DNA from: Auanema rhodensis
Lineage: Eukaryota; Animalia; Nematoda
Length of the DNA: 64,000 bases
Assembly: GCA_964057225.1 (NCBI GenBank)
Contig: CAXKVF010000005.1
Span: 55,550-119,549, forward strand
Reading direction: 5' to 3'
Every line of letters starts with the position of its first letter. Positions within the stretch are counted from its first letter, which is position 1. Under the pieces are notes generated by a model. The model did no database searches. It saw only the letters and a list, made by a program, of their open reading frames with translations, and had not been told where the DNA came from. Made by a program: the position numbers and the translations under genes. Shown piece after piece: positions 1-9,213 of the stretch.

Positions 1-143
1 ATTACCACAGTTATCCATAGAAATCGAGAAAAATCATATCTGCTCTAATGAGCCGTTCGCAGTTTCTCAAAAATGATGAACTTTATACATGCATGGCTTA
101 ATCTTTTACTTGAGCATACAGCGCTGACAGAATCAATCAGATT
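1..143 (-). rRNA. 18S rRNA, 5' end only (truncated by window start)
   Basis: Reverse complement reads TCTGATTGATTCTGTCAGCGCTGTATGCTCAAGTAAAAGATTAAGCCATGC, the rhabditid 18S 5' terminus; same sequence as 19029-19171. Confidence 0.93.
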
Positions 144-449
144 CGCAATAGAGAATCCATTATTTCTTACTAAACAATATAAATATCGAGAAGTAGAATA
201 ATTTTTTTTTTCACAATTCACCAAAAAAAATTAGGAAAGTTGAAAAATCACACAGAAACGACACAATATAGAAAATATTCACATTTTTCAATGTGAACAA
301 GTAAAATTGCAGATAACGAAAATTATTGTAAAAATTTTCTCCTGCTACCTTACGATTGTGAAATCGTTTCGGTGAATAGTGTAACAATCTTCAGATATTA
401 TTTCATAATGTTTATATTCTGATGAAACATTCCAGTAAAAATACTATGT

Positions 450-900
450 AAATTACTTTTCCTGCAAAAATACACGAAGAAACTACTTTTCCTGCAAAAA
501 TACACGAAGAAACTACTTTTCCTGCAAAAATACACAAAGAAAAACTTTTCATGTATAAATACACGAAAAAAAATTTTTCTTGCAAAAAGACACGAAGAAA
601 CTACATTTCCTGCAAAAATACACGAAAAAAAATTAATCCTGCAAAAATACACAAAGAAAAAGTTTTCATGTATAAATACACGAAAAAAAAGTTTTCCTGC
701 AAAAATACACGAAGAAACTACTTTTCCTGCAAAAATACACGAAAAAAATTTTTTCCTGCAAAAATACACGAAAAAAATTTTTTCCTGCAAAAATACACAA
801 AAAAAAATTTTTCCCTGTAAAAATTCAAAAAAAATTTTTTCCCTTGTAAAAATTCACTAAAAAATTTTTCTCCCTGCAAAATTGCGAAAAAAAAATTTTT
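450..900. repeat. IGS ~30-bp tandem subrepeat array (ACTACTTTTCCTGCAAAAATACACGAAGAA-like), about 15 degenerate copies; present in every IGS
   Basis: Tandem repetition is directly visible. Its position upstream of the 5' ETS is where Pol I spacer/enhancer repeats usually lie (inference). Confidence 0.9.
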
Positions 901-957
901 ATTCAGAAATACTTCCCCGAAGACATATGGTATCAAAATTTCGTTTCTCTCTCATTT

Positions 958-2096
958 ACTTGATTGATTCTGTCAGCGCTGTATGCTCAAGTAAAAGATT
1001 AAGCCATGCATGTATAAAGTTCATCATTTTTGAGAAACTGCGATATTCTCACAGCTCAGAGACCAAAAAAAATTTCAAAGTCCAAAAAAAATTTTTTTTC
1101 CAACATGTTTTCACGATACTCTCAAAACATTTTTTACACATTTTTAAAGAGTTTTAACATCTGAATTGAGAAACAAAATTTTTTTTTTTTACTTGATTGA
1201 TTCTGTCAGCGCTGTATGCTCAAGTAAAAGATTAAGCCATGCATGTATAAAGTTCATCATTTTTGAGAAATTGCGAAAGGCTCACAGCTCAGAGACCAAA
1301 AAAATTTCCAAGTCCAAAAAAAATTTCTAAATCCAAAAAAAAATTCCAAGTCCAAAAAAAAATTTCCAAGTCCCAAAAAAATTTCCAAGTCCAAAAAAAA
1401 TTTTCAAGTTCAAAAAAATTTTTTTTCCAACTTGTTTTCACGATACTCTCAAAACATTTTTTACACATTTTTAAAGAGTTTAAACATTTGAATTGAGAAA
1501 CAAAATTTTTTTTTTTTACTCGATTGATTCTGTCAGCGCTGTAGCTTTCGTCAAGGATTAAGCCATGCGAATGGCTCAGAGACCAAAAAAAATTTCCAAG
1601 TCCAAAAAAAATTTTTTTTCAAACTTGTTTTCACGATACTCTCAAAACATTTTTTACACCTTTTTAAAGAGTTTAAACATTTGAATTGAGAAACAAAATT
1701 TTTTTTTTTTACTCGATTGATTCTGTCAGCGCTGTAGCTTTCGTCAAGGATTAAGCCATGCCAACCGCTCACCGACCACAAAATTTTTTTTTCACGTACT
1801 TGATTGATTCTGTCAGCGCTGTATGCTCAAGTAAAAGATTAAGCCATGCATGTAGAAAGTTGAACTTTTTTAGCCTAACCGCCAACCCACCAAAAATTTT
1901 TTCTAGTCAAAAATTATGGAAATTTTTGAAAAAATATGCAAATTTTTTTTTTCAAAACTATTTTTCAGAGTAGTCTTATTCTATTTTCTGACTCTTTTTA
2001 CATATTTTACACTATATATGAAATATGTTTTGAAAAATTTCCCGATATGGCTTAATCCTTGAGGAAAGCTACAGCGCTGACAGAATCAATCAAGTA
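958..2096. repeat. IGS subrepeats (~190-330 bp), each carrying a copy of the 18S 5' end: inverted copies at 961-1043, 1194-1284, 1522-1578, 1715-1761, 1801-1860; same-orientation copy at 2047-2092
   Basis: 961-1043 is the exact 83-bp reverse complement of 57-139 (18S 5' end). The other copies are variants of it. Confidence 0.92.
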
Positions 2097-2346
2097 AAAT
2101 TTGCCATTTTTATCAAAATTTTTGATTTTTTTAATAAAATTTCTCGGGTGACCATTTATATGCGCTTTTTTTTGAAAAATGGTCCCAATATTCCAATAAA
2201 GTATACTTTTTCTTACAAATAAAGTATACCTTTTCTTACAAATAAAGTATACCTTTTTTTTTAATAAGGTATCAATATTGCTAGCGCTATATACAATCAA
2301 TAAAACGTTATTTGAAAAAAGAATAAGGTATACTTTCAGGTATAAA

Positions 2347-2776
2347 ACAAAACATCCAATCAAAGGATAGTCTCAACAGATCGCAGTATATAAAGACTGC
2401 TCTACTGGATACAACACCTTGACCAGTTCTCAAGTCGTATACAAGAGATTTAGCGCCCTGACGTTGACCAGAGTTTTCTGGCTTTAACAACCATGAAAGA
2501 TTCCCTTTCACGGATATGTTATATACTAGGGCATAAGCTCTCGTGTGAACACGAGATATAGTTGCCTTCCGACACCAAGAAGCAACGTTATCGTAACCAT
2601 TATTAGGTAGGATTCTGATTTAGAGGCGTTCAGTCATAATCCTACTAATGGTAGCTTCGGACCATTGGCCTTTCGACCAAGTCCATGAACCAAATGTTAG
2701 AACCACCTGTTCCTCTCGTACTGAGGTGGATTACTATCGCAACAATCAAGTCTACAGTAGGGTAAAACTAACCTGT
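2347..2776 (-). rRNA. 28S rRNA 3' fragment of interrupted unit A (contains the sarcin-ricin loop)
   Basis: TGTTCCTCTCGTACT at 2708-2722 is the reverse complement of the SRL sequence AGTACGAGAGGAAC; same as 21375-21804 in the intact gene. The 3' end is approximate. Confidence 0.92.
2759..2776. repeat. 18-bp direct repeat (att-like core or target duplication), left junction of copy 1
   Basis: AGGGTAAAACTAACCTGT followed by element sequence TTTACTG instead of the 28S continuation CTCACG. Confidence 0.95.
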
Positions 2777-3525
2777 TTTACTGAAAATTTTCAATATGTA
2801 GGATTTATATGGATTATGACAGTAAACAGAAATAGAGGTGAATACGATGAAAATTATATTATAATGTTTGTTTTTTGGTCTTTTATAAGTTTTTTTGTTG
2901 CACAGTTTTGTTACTTATTAGTAACGATATTATTGCATAGTTGTTACCCGTAAGTAACAACATAAAGAACGGTAAAATGGGTCGGTTTTATGAAACTCTT
3001 GAAAATTGAATTTCGAGAAAACAAATTGAAGGGATGAATTGAGCATGAAAAAGTAAGATTATTGGTTTTAAAATGATGCGGATTGAAAAATTTTGAAAAA
3101 AGTTACACCTTTTCAAACTCTATACTGTCGAAGTGAAATGAATGTTTTTCGGTACTTTAAAAAAATAGTAATCAAAATTTTCGAACATATTTGTTTTCTA
3201 CGCATAATGCTGGCCTAGAGTTCGTGATTTGTGAAAAGATTATTTTGGATTTTAAAGAATTGGGATTTTTGGTGTAACTAATTAGTAACATGGTAAGGAG
3301 CGGTAAAACTGGGAAGTGTTATACATTCCGAAAATGTATTATAAACTCCAAATATGTATTATAACTAGCAAACATGTATCATAAACACTAATAATGTATT
3401 ATAAACTACACAACGTGTCATATAAACTCCAAAAATGTGTTATACACGCCAAAAATGACTTGAATTTTCCTGTTTTGTAATACATGCCATTTTTCTATTA
3501 GAATGTAGGAAAATTTATTTTCTGT

Positions 3526-3760
3526 ATAACTTCTGTATCTTCTCTGTCGAAGATGAAAAAAATTCATCTAGCCATTGATCAAAAAAATCTTACTCTTCTT
3601 GTAAGGTTTATTTTTAAATAAGCTAATATTCCGTCTAAAAATCAATTATCTCTCAGTGAATTATACCGCACTTGTTATCTTTCAATTTATTATTATTTGT
3701 TTCAGTTGTTCGCGCTAATCTAAATAAAAAGGTCAAGAAATAATTCGGCGAGTACTGGCT
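3526..3760 (+). pseudogene. Degenerate partial duplicate of the small basic gene at 3797-4313
   Basis: Translates ITSVSSLSKMKKIHLAIDQK versus MSSIFSLSKMRKVHLANEQK. The exon-2 homolog VRANLNKKVKK* (versus VRAHPDKMVREQ) has an in-frame TAA at 3741-3743. Confidence 0.65.
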
Positions 3761-3796
3761 ATCAGTCAGTTACGTTTAGTTCAAACTCATTGAACA

Positions 3797-4313
3797 ATGT
3801 CTTCTATCTTTTCTCTCTCCAAGATGAGAAAGGTTCATTTGGCCAATGAACAGAAAAAAATGATGGTTAACCGACCATCCTGTAAGTTTCTTGTTATAGT
3901 TTCATCTATTTATTATTTGTTCCAGATGTTCGTGCTCATCCGGATAAGATGGTCAGGGAACAACTCCGCGAGTTGTTCCCAAACCACTGCTCGATAGAAA
4001 AAAAGTTATCAGACACTTTTTCTATCGAGAAGCTCACTTTTACTGAGCAAGAAAGGATCCAGAAAAGTGGAAAGTAAGTTAAAATTTCATATTTATCAAG
4101 TGTAACATTTTTATTTTCAGTGAAAAACCACTTTCATCCGCTGCTCTTAAGAGAAAGGAGAAAAAAAAGCTCCGCCAACGCCAGCTTAACCGCCAGAAAA
4201 AGAAGGAAGCAGCCGAGAAGAAAAGAAACAATGTAACGGCTATTCGCAAAGCCCACATTCAGGGAATCAGTGAGAAAATTACCTTGAACTATGATAATAT
4301 GAAATATTGGTAA
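3797..4313 (+). CDS. Small basic protein A, 141 aa, 3 exons (3797-3881, 3926-4073, 4121-4313), unknown function
   Basis: GT-AG introns of 44 and 47 nt with TTCCAG/TTTCAG acceptors give an open frame: MSSIFSLSKMRKVHL...SYVRAHPDKMVREQL...KRKEKKKLRQRQLNRQKKKEAAEKKRNN...YDNMKYW*. AATAAA follows, and it is paralogous to 6391-6937. Confidence 0.78.
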
Positions 4314-4788
4314 AATGTTGTATTTGTAAAATGTTTTGTAAATAAATTTTATATACTTATTTTTGTTTTTTATTGGTTCTTAGTGTAAGAAAAAATATTT
4401 CATACGGCGGAAATAGTATCCTGATACTCTACATATACACAGATCTGGGATTAAGCACTTAAAGTTTACAAAAAAATGTTGGAATTTATCTAAGATTGTT
4501 AAAATTAAACAAAGCGGAAAAATCTATCAAAAGAAGTATATTTTATTTATTTTCTATTACCGCTAATTATTTAATCGTATGTAAGTTAACCAAATGGGTC
4601 TAAATGGCGTTTACGCGTTTCACGTGAAAAGTTCACGTTGGTGCATTTAGATCATTTTTTTACTTTCAACGCAAGTAACCGGCTGTATTTATAGAAAATG
4701 TAAGATAAATGTTTTTTTTTGTTTTTTTTTTGTATTGAACTATTTTTTCACATTTCTCATAATACCATAGTCCTTTGAATCATTCTAG

Positions 4789-5076
4789 ATGATCTTTTCT
4801 TCGAAAATTCAAAATGAAATTCTCAACAGAATTGAATATTTTGAAGTAATCAAAAAACCCTTCCAAGTTACAAAAAAAACTAAGATCAGACGTGATCTAT
4901 ATTTGAAAGAAGTAACGTTTTATGGTTAAAATTATATTTATTTTGGATTTCAGACCAGTGTAGAAAAGTTTGATGTGTCCAATTTTCATAATTATCCCTA
5001 TCCTTCACCATTGAGAAAATTGGACAGTTTTATGAATGAACTTGAGAGTTTTATGCCAAAATCATTTTCTGATTGA
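4789..5076 (+). CDS. Possible 81-aa two-exon gene (4789-4911, 4954-5076), unknown function
   Basis: ATG directly after an AG acceptor. A 42-nt GT...TTTCAG intron joins two open 41-codon exons (MIFSSKIQNEILNRIEYF...KE|TSVEKF...SFSD*). No homology recognised. Confidence 0.4.
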
Positions 5077-5159
5077 CAAAACTTAAGAGCAATGGCAAAG
5101 CTTCTGGACAATTGTTACTTTTTTTTTGTGTATATATCTGCCTTTTTTTTAAATTACCT

Positions 5160-5900
5160 CAAAACTGTAAAAATATGTGAAAAACTGAATAAAATTAGGA
5201 ATTTACTACAAATTGATTAAAACATGTGGAAAACTGAATAAAATTAAAAACTTTCTATGAATCGCCAAAAATATGTGGAAAACTGAATAAAATTAAAAAT
5301 TACTAAAAAATTGTGAAAAATTGTGAAAAAAGTGGAAAACAGAATAAAACTAAACAATTACGTCAAAACCGTGAAAATATGTGGGAAACTCAAGAAAAAT
5401 GAAAAATTACTAGAAAATCGTGAAAATATTAGGAAAAATAAACAAAATTGAGAATATGTGAGATTATATGGAAAACTGAATAAAATTAAAAACTTACGAT
5501 AATATCGTAAAAATATTTGGAAAACTGAACAAAATTAAAAACTTCCTACAAAATTATGAAAACATGTGGAAAACTGAATAAAATCAAAAACTTTTTACGA
5601 ATTGGTGAAAATATGTCAAAAACTTGAGAAAAAATAAAAAAAAATAGAAAATCGTAAAAAAAGGGGAAAACTGAATAAAATTAAAAACTTCCCACAAAAT
5701 CGTTAGAATATGTGAAAAACTTAAGAAAAATGAAAAATTACCAGAAAATGGTAAAAATATGTGGAAAACTTAATAAAACTAAACAATGACCTCTAAACCA
5801 TGAAAATATTTGGAAAATTGAACAAAATGAAAAACTTACTAGAAAATCGTAAAAATATGTGGTGAACTGAAAAAAATTAAAAACTTGAAACTGAATAATA
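5160..5900. repeat. Degenerate A-rich minisatellite (~50-55-bp unit, core AAAATATGTGGAAAACTGAATAAAATTAAAAACTT)
   Basis: The core recurs a dozen or more times with variation. Confidence 0.8.
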
Positions 5901-6390
5901 CTTAACATGATTAGTAACTAATTGATAACGTCACGGTAACTAATTAGTAACATATTTGCCAATTCACGTTAAAGTGGAAAAATTGTAAATTCTGTTACTA
6001 ATGAGTGACAAATACGTTACTAGTTAGTATTAACCTATAAAAAAAACTGTGAAACTCATGTGAAAATTACATTTTGTAACAAATTTATGAAATTTACATA
6101 AAAATTGAAAACATGCAAAAATCTAATAACTATATATAATATTATAAAGAAAACAAAGAAAAAATCGAAAAACACTCAATGTTCACAATAGGAAAAATAC
6201 CGTAAACATGTTTACAAGTGAATTAATTTAAAAACATGTTTACAGAAAAAAAGGAAAAGATCCGAATTTGGCGGGAAAAGTTAACGAAGAATGAAAATAA
6301 CAGTGATATTCATTCTTGCTTTTAATCTCTGTTTTATTAATCAACTTCTTATTAATTATTCTATTTGCTCTTCCAGTTCTCCAACTGATA

Positions 6391-6937
6391 ATGCAAAATT
6401 TTGATTCTGAACGTCTCGAGCGTTTTCGTAAGCAGCATATTTTGAAAGAAAGGATCAAAAACGAAATAAACAAAACATCTTGTGGGTTTGCAAAATTTCA
6501 CCAAAAAAACATTTTTTTTTATGCAGATGTTCGCAAACATCCTGATCCTGCCATTCAAAAAGAATTATATAATTCTTTTCCTAAAGGCGTTAGTTTAAAT
6601 AAGAGATTGGAGGACTTGGGATTCAATGTTTCGTCTACCTCTGACGATCAAAAATGCGAGAAGTTTCTCACTCCGCCGAACGTAAATTTATATAGTAAAT
6701 TACTGAGTATAGTTTTATTCTTTTAAGCCTGAGAGCAAACGTCAACAAAAATTAGCTGCTAGGCCAATGTCGGAAGAAAGGCGTAAAAGCCTTGCTTTAA
6801 AGAAAGGAGAGAAGAAAAGAGAGAAAAGGCGGGCACTTTCGGAACAGAAGAGGAGTAATGCGAGAGAGCTCAGAAAATCGCATTTGGAACACAGAGATTC
6901 ATGCATCAACTTGAAGTTTGATAAATTAGAGATGTAA
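6391..6937 (+). CDS. Small basic protein B, 151 aa, 3 exons (6391-6481, 6527-6681, 6728-6937), paralog of protein A
   Basis: 45- and 46-nt GT-AG introns give MQNFDSERLERFRKQHI...SYVRKHPDPAIQKEL...KKGEKKREKRRALSEQKRSNARELRKSHL...FDKLEM*. First intron has the same position and phase as in gene A. TTCCAG acceptor ends 14 nt upstream of the ATG, and AATAAA follows the stop. Confidence 0.8.
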
Positions 6938-6960
6938 ATTATGAATAAACTGTTGTTGAA

Positions 6961-7392
6961 AACTTGCTCCTTCTTCGGTCATATTTACAAGCATGAATTA
7001 GCTCTAGAATCACCACAGTCTTCCACAGAAATCGAGAAACCTTCTCCTTCGTCGGTCATATCTATATGCATGAATTAGCTCTAGAATTACCACAGTCTTC
7101 CACAGAAATCGAGAAACCTTGCTCCTTCTTCGGTCATATCTATATGCATGAATCAGCTCTAGAATTACCACAGTCTTCCACAGACATCGAAAAAAAAACA
7201 TATCTGCTATAGTGACAAAGAAAGTTGGAAAATCACACAAAAACGACACAATATAGAAAATTATCACATTTTTCAATGTAAACATGTAAAACTGCAGATA
7301 TTACTAAAATTATTATAGAAAATTCTTCCAGCCACCTTACGATTGTGGAATATTTTCTGTTAATAATGTAGCAATCTCGAGAAATTCAGATA
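6961..7392 (-). other. rDNA-derived segment inside the element: three tandem ~78-bp units containing an 18S fragment, joined to a diverged copy of the 5' ETS/promoter-proximal spacer
   Basis: GCATGAATTAGCTCTAGAATTACCACAGTCTTCCACAGAAATCGAGAAA differs at 5 of 49 positions from 18S 19011-19059. About 7220-7392 aligns colinearly with spacer 234-398 (AAAATCACACA.AAACGACACAATATAGAAAAT..TCACATTTTTCAATGT ... ACCTTACGATTGTG). Confidence 0.85.
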
Positions 7393-7395
7393 TAG

Positions 7396-8022
7396 TTACC
7401 GCAGACTTTTCTGGAAATTTTTAATTTTTTCGGGTTTTAATTGAAAAGTTTTCGGCCCTTAACGTTTTCGGTAGACGTGCGGCTTCTGAAGCTGGCTTAC
7501 AGCAATGCCCCGTAGATATTGAATCCTTTCTTTAATAGGAATTCAGTCATTACTGATGTTAAAAAATTCGTGAGAAACAGACATCAAAGAGTTATCGCAG
7601 AATTTTCTGGAATTTTTTGTTTTTTTCGGGTTTTAATTGAAAAGTTTTCATATTCAGCTCTAAACCTTCTCGATGGACGTGCGGCTTCTGAAGCTCGCTT
7701 ACAGCAATGCCACGTAGATATTGAATCATTTCTTTAATAGGAATTCAGTCATTACTGATGTTCAATAAACCGTGAGAAACAGACATCAAAGACTTACCGC
7801 CGAATTTTCCGGAATTTTTTATTTTTTTCGGGTTTTAATTGAAAAGTTTTCATTTTCCGCTCTAAATGTTCTCGGTAGACGTGCGGCTTCTGAAGCAGGC
7901 TTGTAACAAGGCCACGTAGATATTGAACCATTTCTCTAATAGGAATTCTGTCATTACTGATGTTCAATAAACCGTGAGAAACAGACATCAAAGACTTACC
8001 GCCGAATTTTCCGGAATTTTTC
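7396..8022. repeat. Tandem repeat of ~200 bp, three full copies plus a partial one (starts 7396, 7592, 7794, 7996)
   Basis: The blocks CGGGTTTTAATTGAAAAGTTTTC, GACGTGCGGCTTCTGAAGC and GTGAGAAACAGACATCAAAGA recur with periods of 196, 202 and 202 bp. Confidence 0.92.
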
Positions 8023-8288
8023 AAATTTTTCCAATTTTTTTAAAATCATCAGTTTTTTAGCTGAATATGTTTTTTGAAAGTAGTACGGCCCCTGAAGCCT
8101 TCTTGCAAAGTTTCATGCCTTTTGGAAAGAGAATAGAAGCATAAGAAATTTTTTAGTGCATGGAATGTTCTGGAATGTACCTAAAATTAAGTAAACAAGC
8201 TGTTTTTCTCACGGAAATCGTATATATATACCCCAGAAAATATGACTGCTTCAGTTTTTTTTCTCTTATTTTTTCCTATCTTACCATT

Positions 8289-8381
8289 ACTGGGGTTTCT
8301 TTCGGGAAACGAACCAGTTTACCTGGTACTTAAAGATGGAAAAAATACATCTGGGGTTTCTTGCGGGAAACGAACCAGATG
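8289..8381. repeat. Two direct copies of a 28-bp hairpin-forming motif, CTGGGGTTTCTT(T/G)CGGGAAACGAACCAG (8290-8317, 8351-8378)
   Basis: The copies differ at one loop base. Each has CTGG/CCAG and GTTTC/GAAAC pairing. Confidence 0.75.
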
Positions 8382-9213
8382 AAATTCTATTTTAGAAAAG
8401 CATCATTCAATCGGGAAACTTCCACCTGTATCGGTATTATTTAATGTTTTTTCACCATTCAGCAACATTTGGTATAATTCTGTTGAGTGGTTATATACGA
8501 ATATTGATAATATTCAACCTTAATCTCTCTCTAATTATAGTTCGAAGTATTGCAATGAACTCTCGTACAGTAAATCATGTCAATGGTGATTTTGAGACTC
8601 TGCGTTCACTTCTGCCATTTTAAACATAAGTTCAAAGCTAAATTGGACTATTATTCAAAACAAAGTCTGAAAATGGGTCAGGTTATAAGTAACTCATAAG
8701 TTATTTTTTGTTTAATGCTACACATGCGGTTTTTAGTTTTCAAATGGGTTGTGTACAAGTATCCGCCTGCTTTTTTTTCAACCAATAACTTTTCGTGATG
8801 ATTTTGAACTGTTTTTCAAGGTTACCAAAAAGAAAGTAAAAAACAGAATAATGATTATGTAAGGTATTTTTTGCATATTGGATAAAGTTACCTAAAAGTA
8901 ACATTTTTGTTACTAATTAGTTACATTCAACTGCGAATTTGGTAAGTTACTGATAAGTAACCAAACTGTAACTAATAAGTAACATTTGCATCAACTCTCA
9001 AAAAGTTTTTCTTCTGAATATAATTGGTGAAATGGTATTTTAAAGATAAGTCTGTGAATAACAAGTATATAAAAATAGAGCTTATACGCAATAAATCAAA
9101 ATATCAAACAGTTCATTCTGTATTAATATCTGCCTTTACTATTGAGAAAAGTTTGGTATAGTAATATTTAGATATCTGATTTCAAATTATCAAAGCTCAC
9201 AAAAAACAAAAAA

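Larger units (their letters stand above)
144..2346 (-). other. rDNA intergenic spacer including 3' ETS and 5' ETS (copies at 19172-21374, 27227-29429, 46255-48457, 54310-56512, 62365-64000 partial)
   Basis: Lies between the 28S 3' end and the 18S 5' end. AT-rich with subrepeats, recurring at 8,055-bp or 19,028-bp spacing. Confidence 0.9.

Noticed and set aside
958-1860. CRISPR-like appearance of repeated GATTGATTCTGTCAGCGCTGTA with intervening sequence
   Set aside because: The repeat is the 18S 5' end, the intervening sequences are themselves repeats of variable length, there are no cas genes, and the context is eukaryotic.
144-2346. 5S rRNA or SL1 RNA gene linked within the spacer
   Set aside because: No 5S internal-promoter sequence or SL1 leader (GGTTTAATTACCCAAGTTTGAG) was recognised on either strand by eye.
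398-2511. ORF-track proteins in the IGS (K/F-rich, 67-130 aa) and their copies
   Set aside because: They are translations of A/T-tract subrepeats and 18S fragments, with no splice or coding signature.
3331-3450. Short ~21-bp degenerate repeat (AAATGTATTATAAACTCC-like)
   Set aside because: It is real but small and low in complexity, and no function can be argued from the sequence.
6316-6726. 136-aa ORF with a hydrophobic N-terminus resembling a signal peptide
   Set aside because: The hydrophobic part is T-rich upstream sequence before a splice acceptor, read from a TTG start, and the ORF runs through a 45-nt intron. The spliced model from ATG 6391 matches paralog A better.
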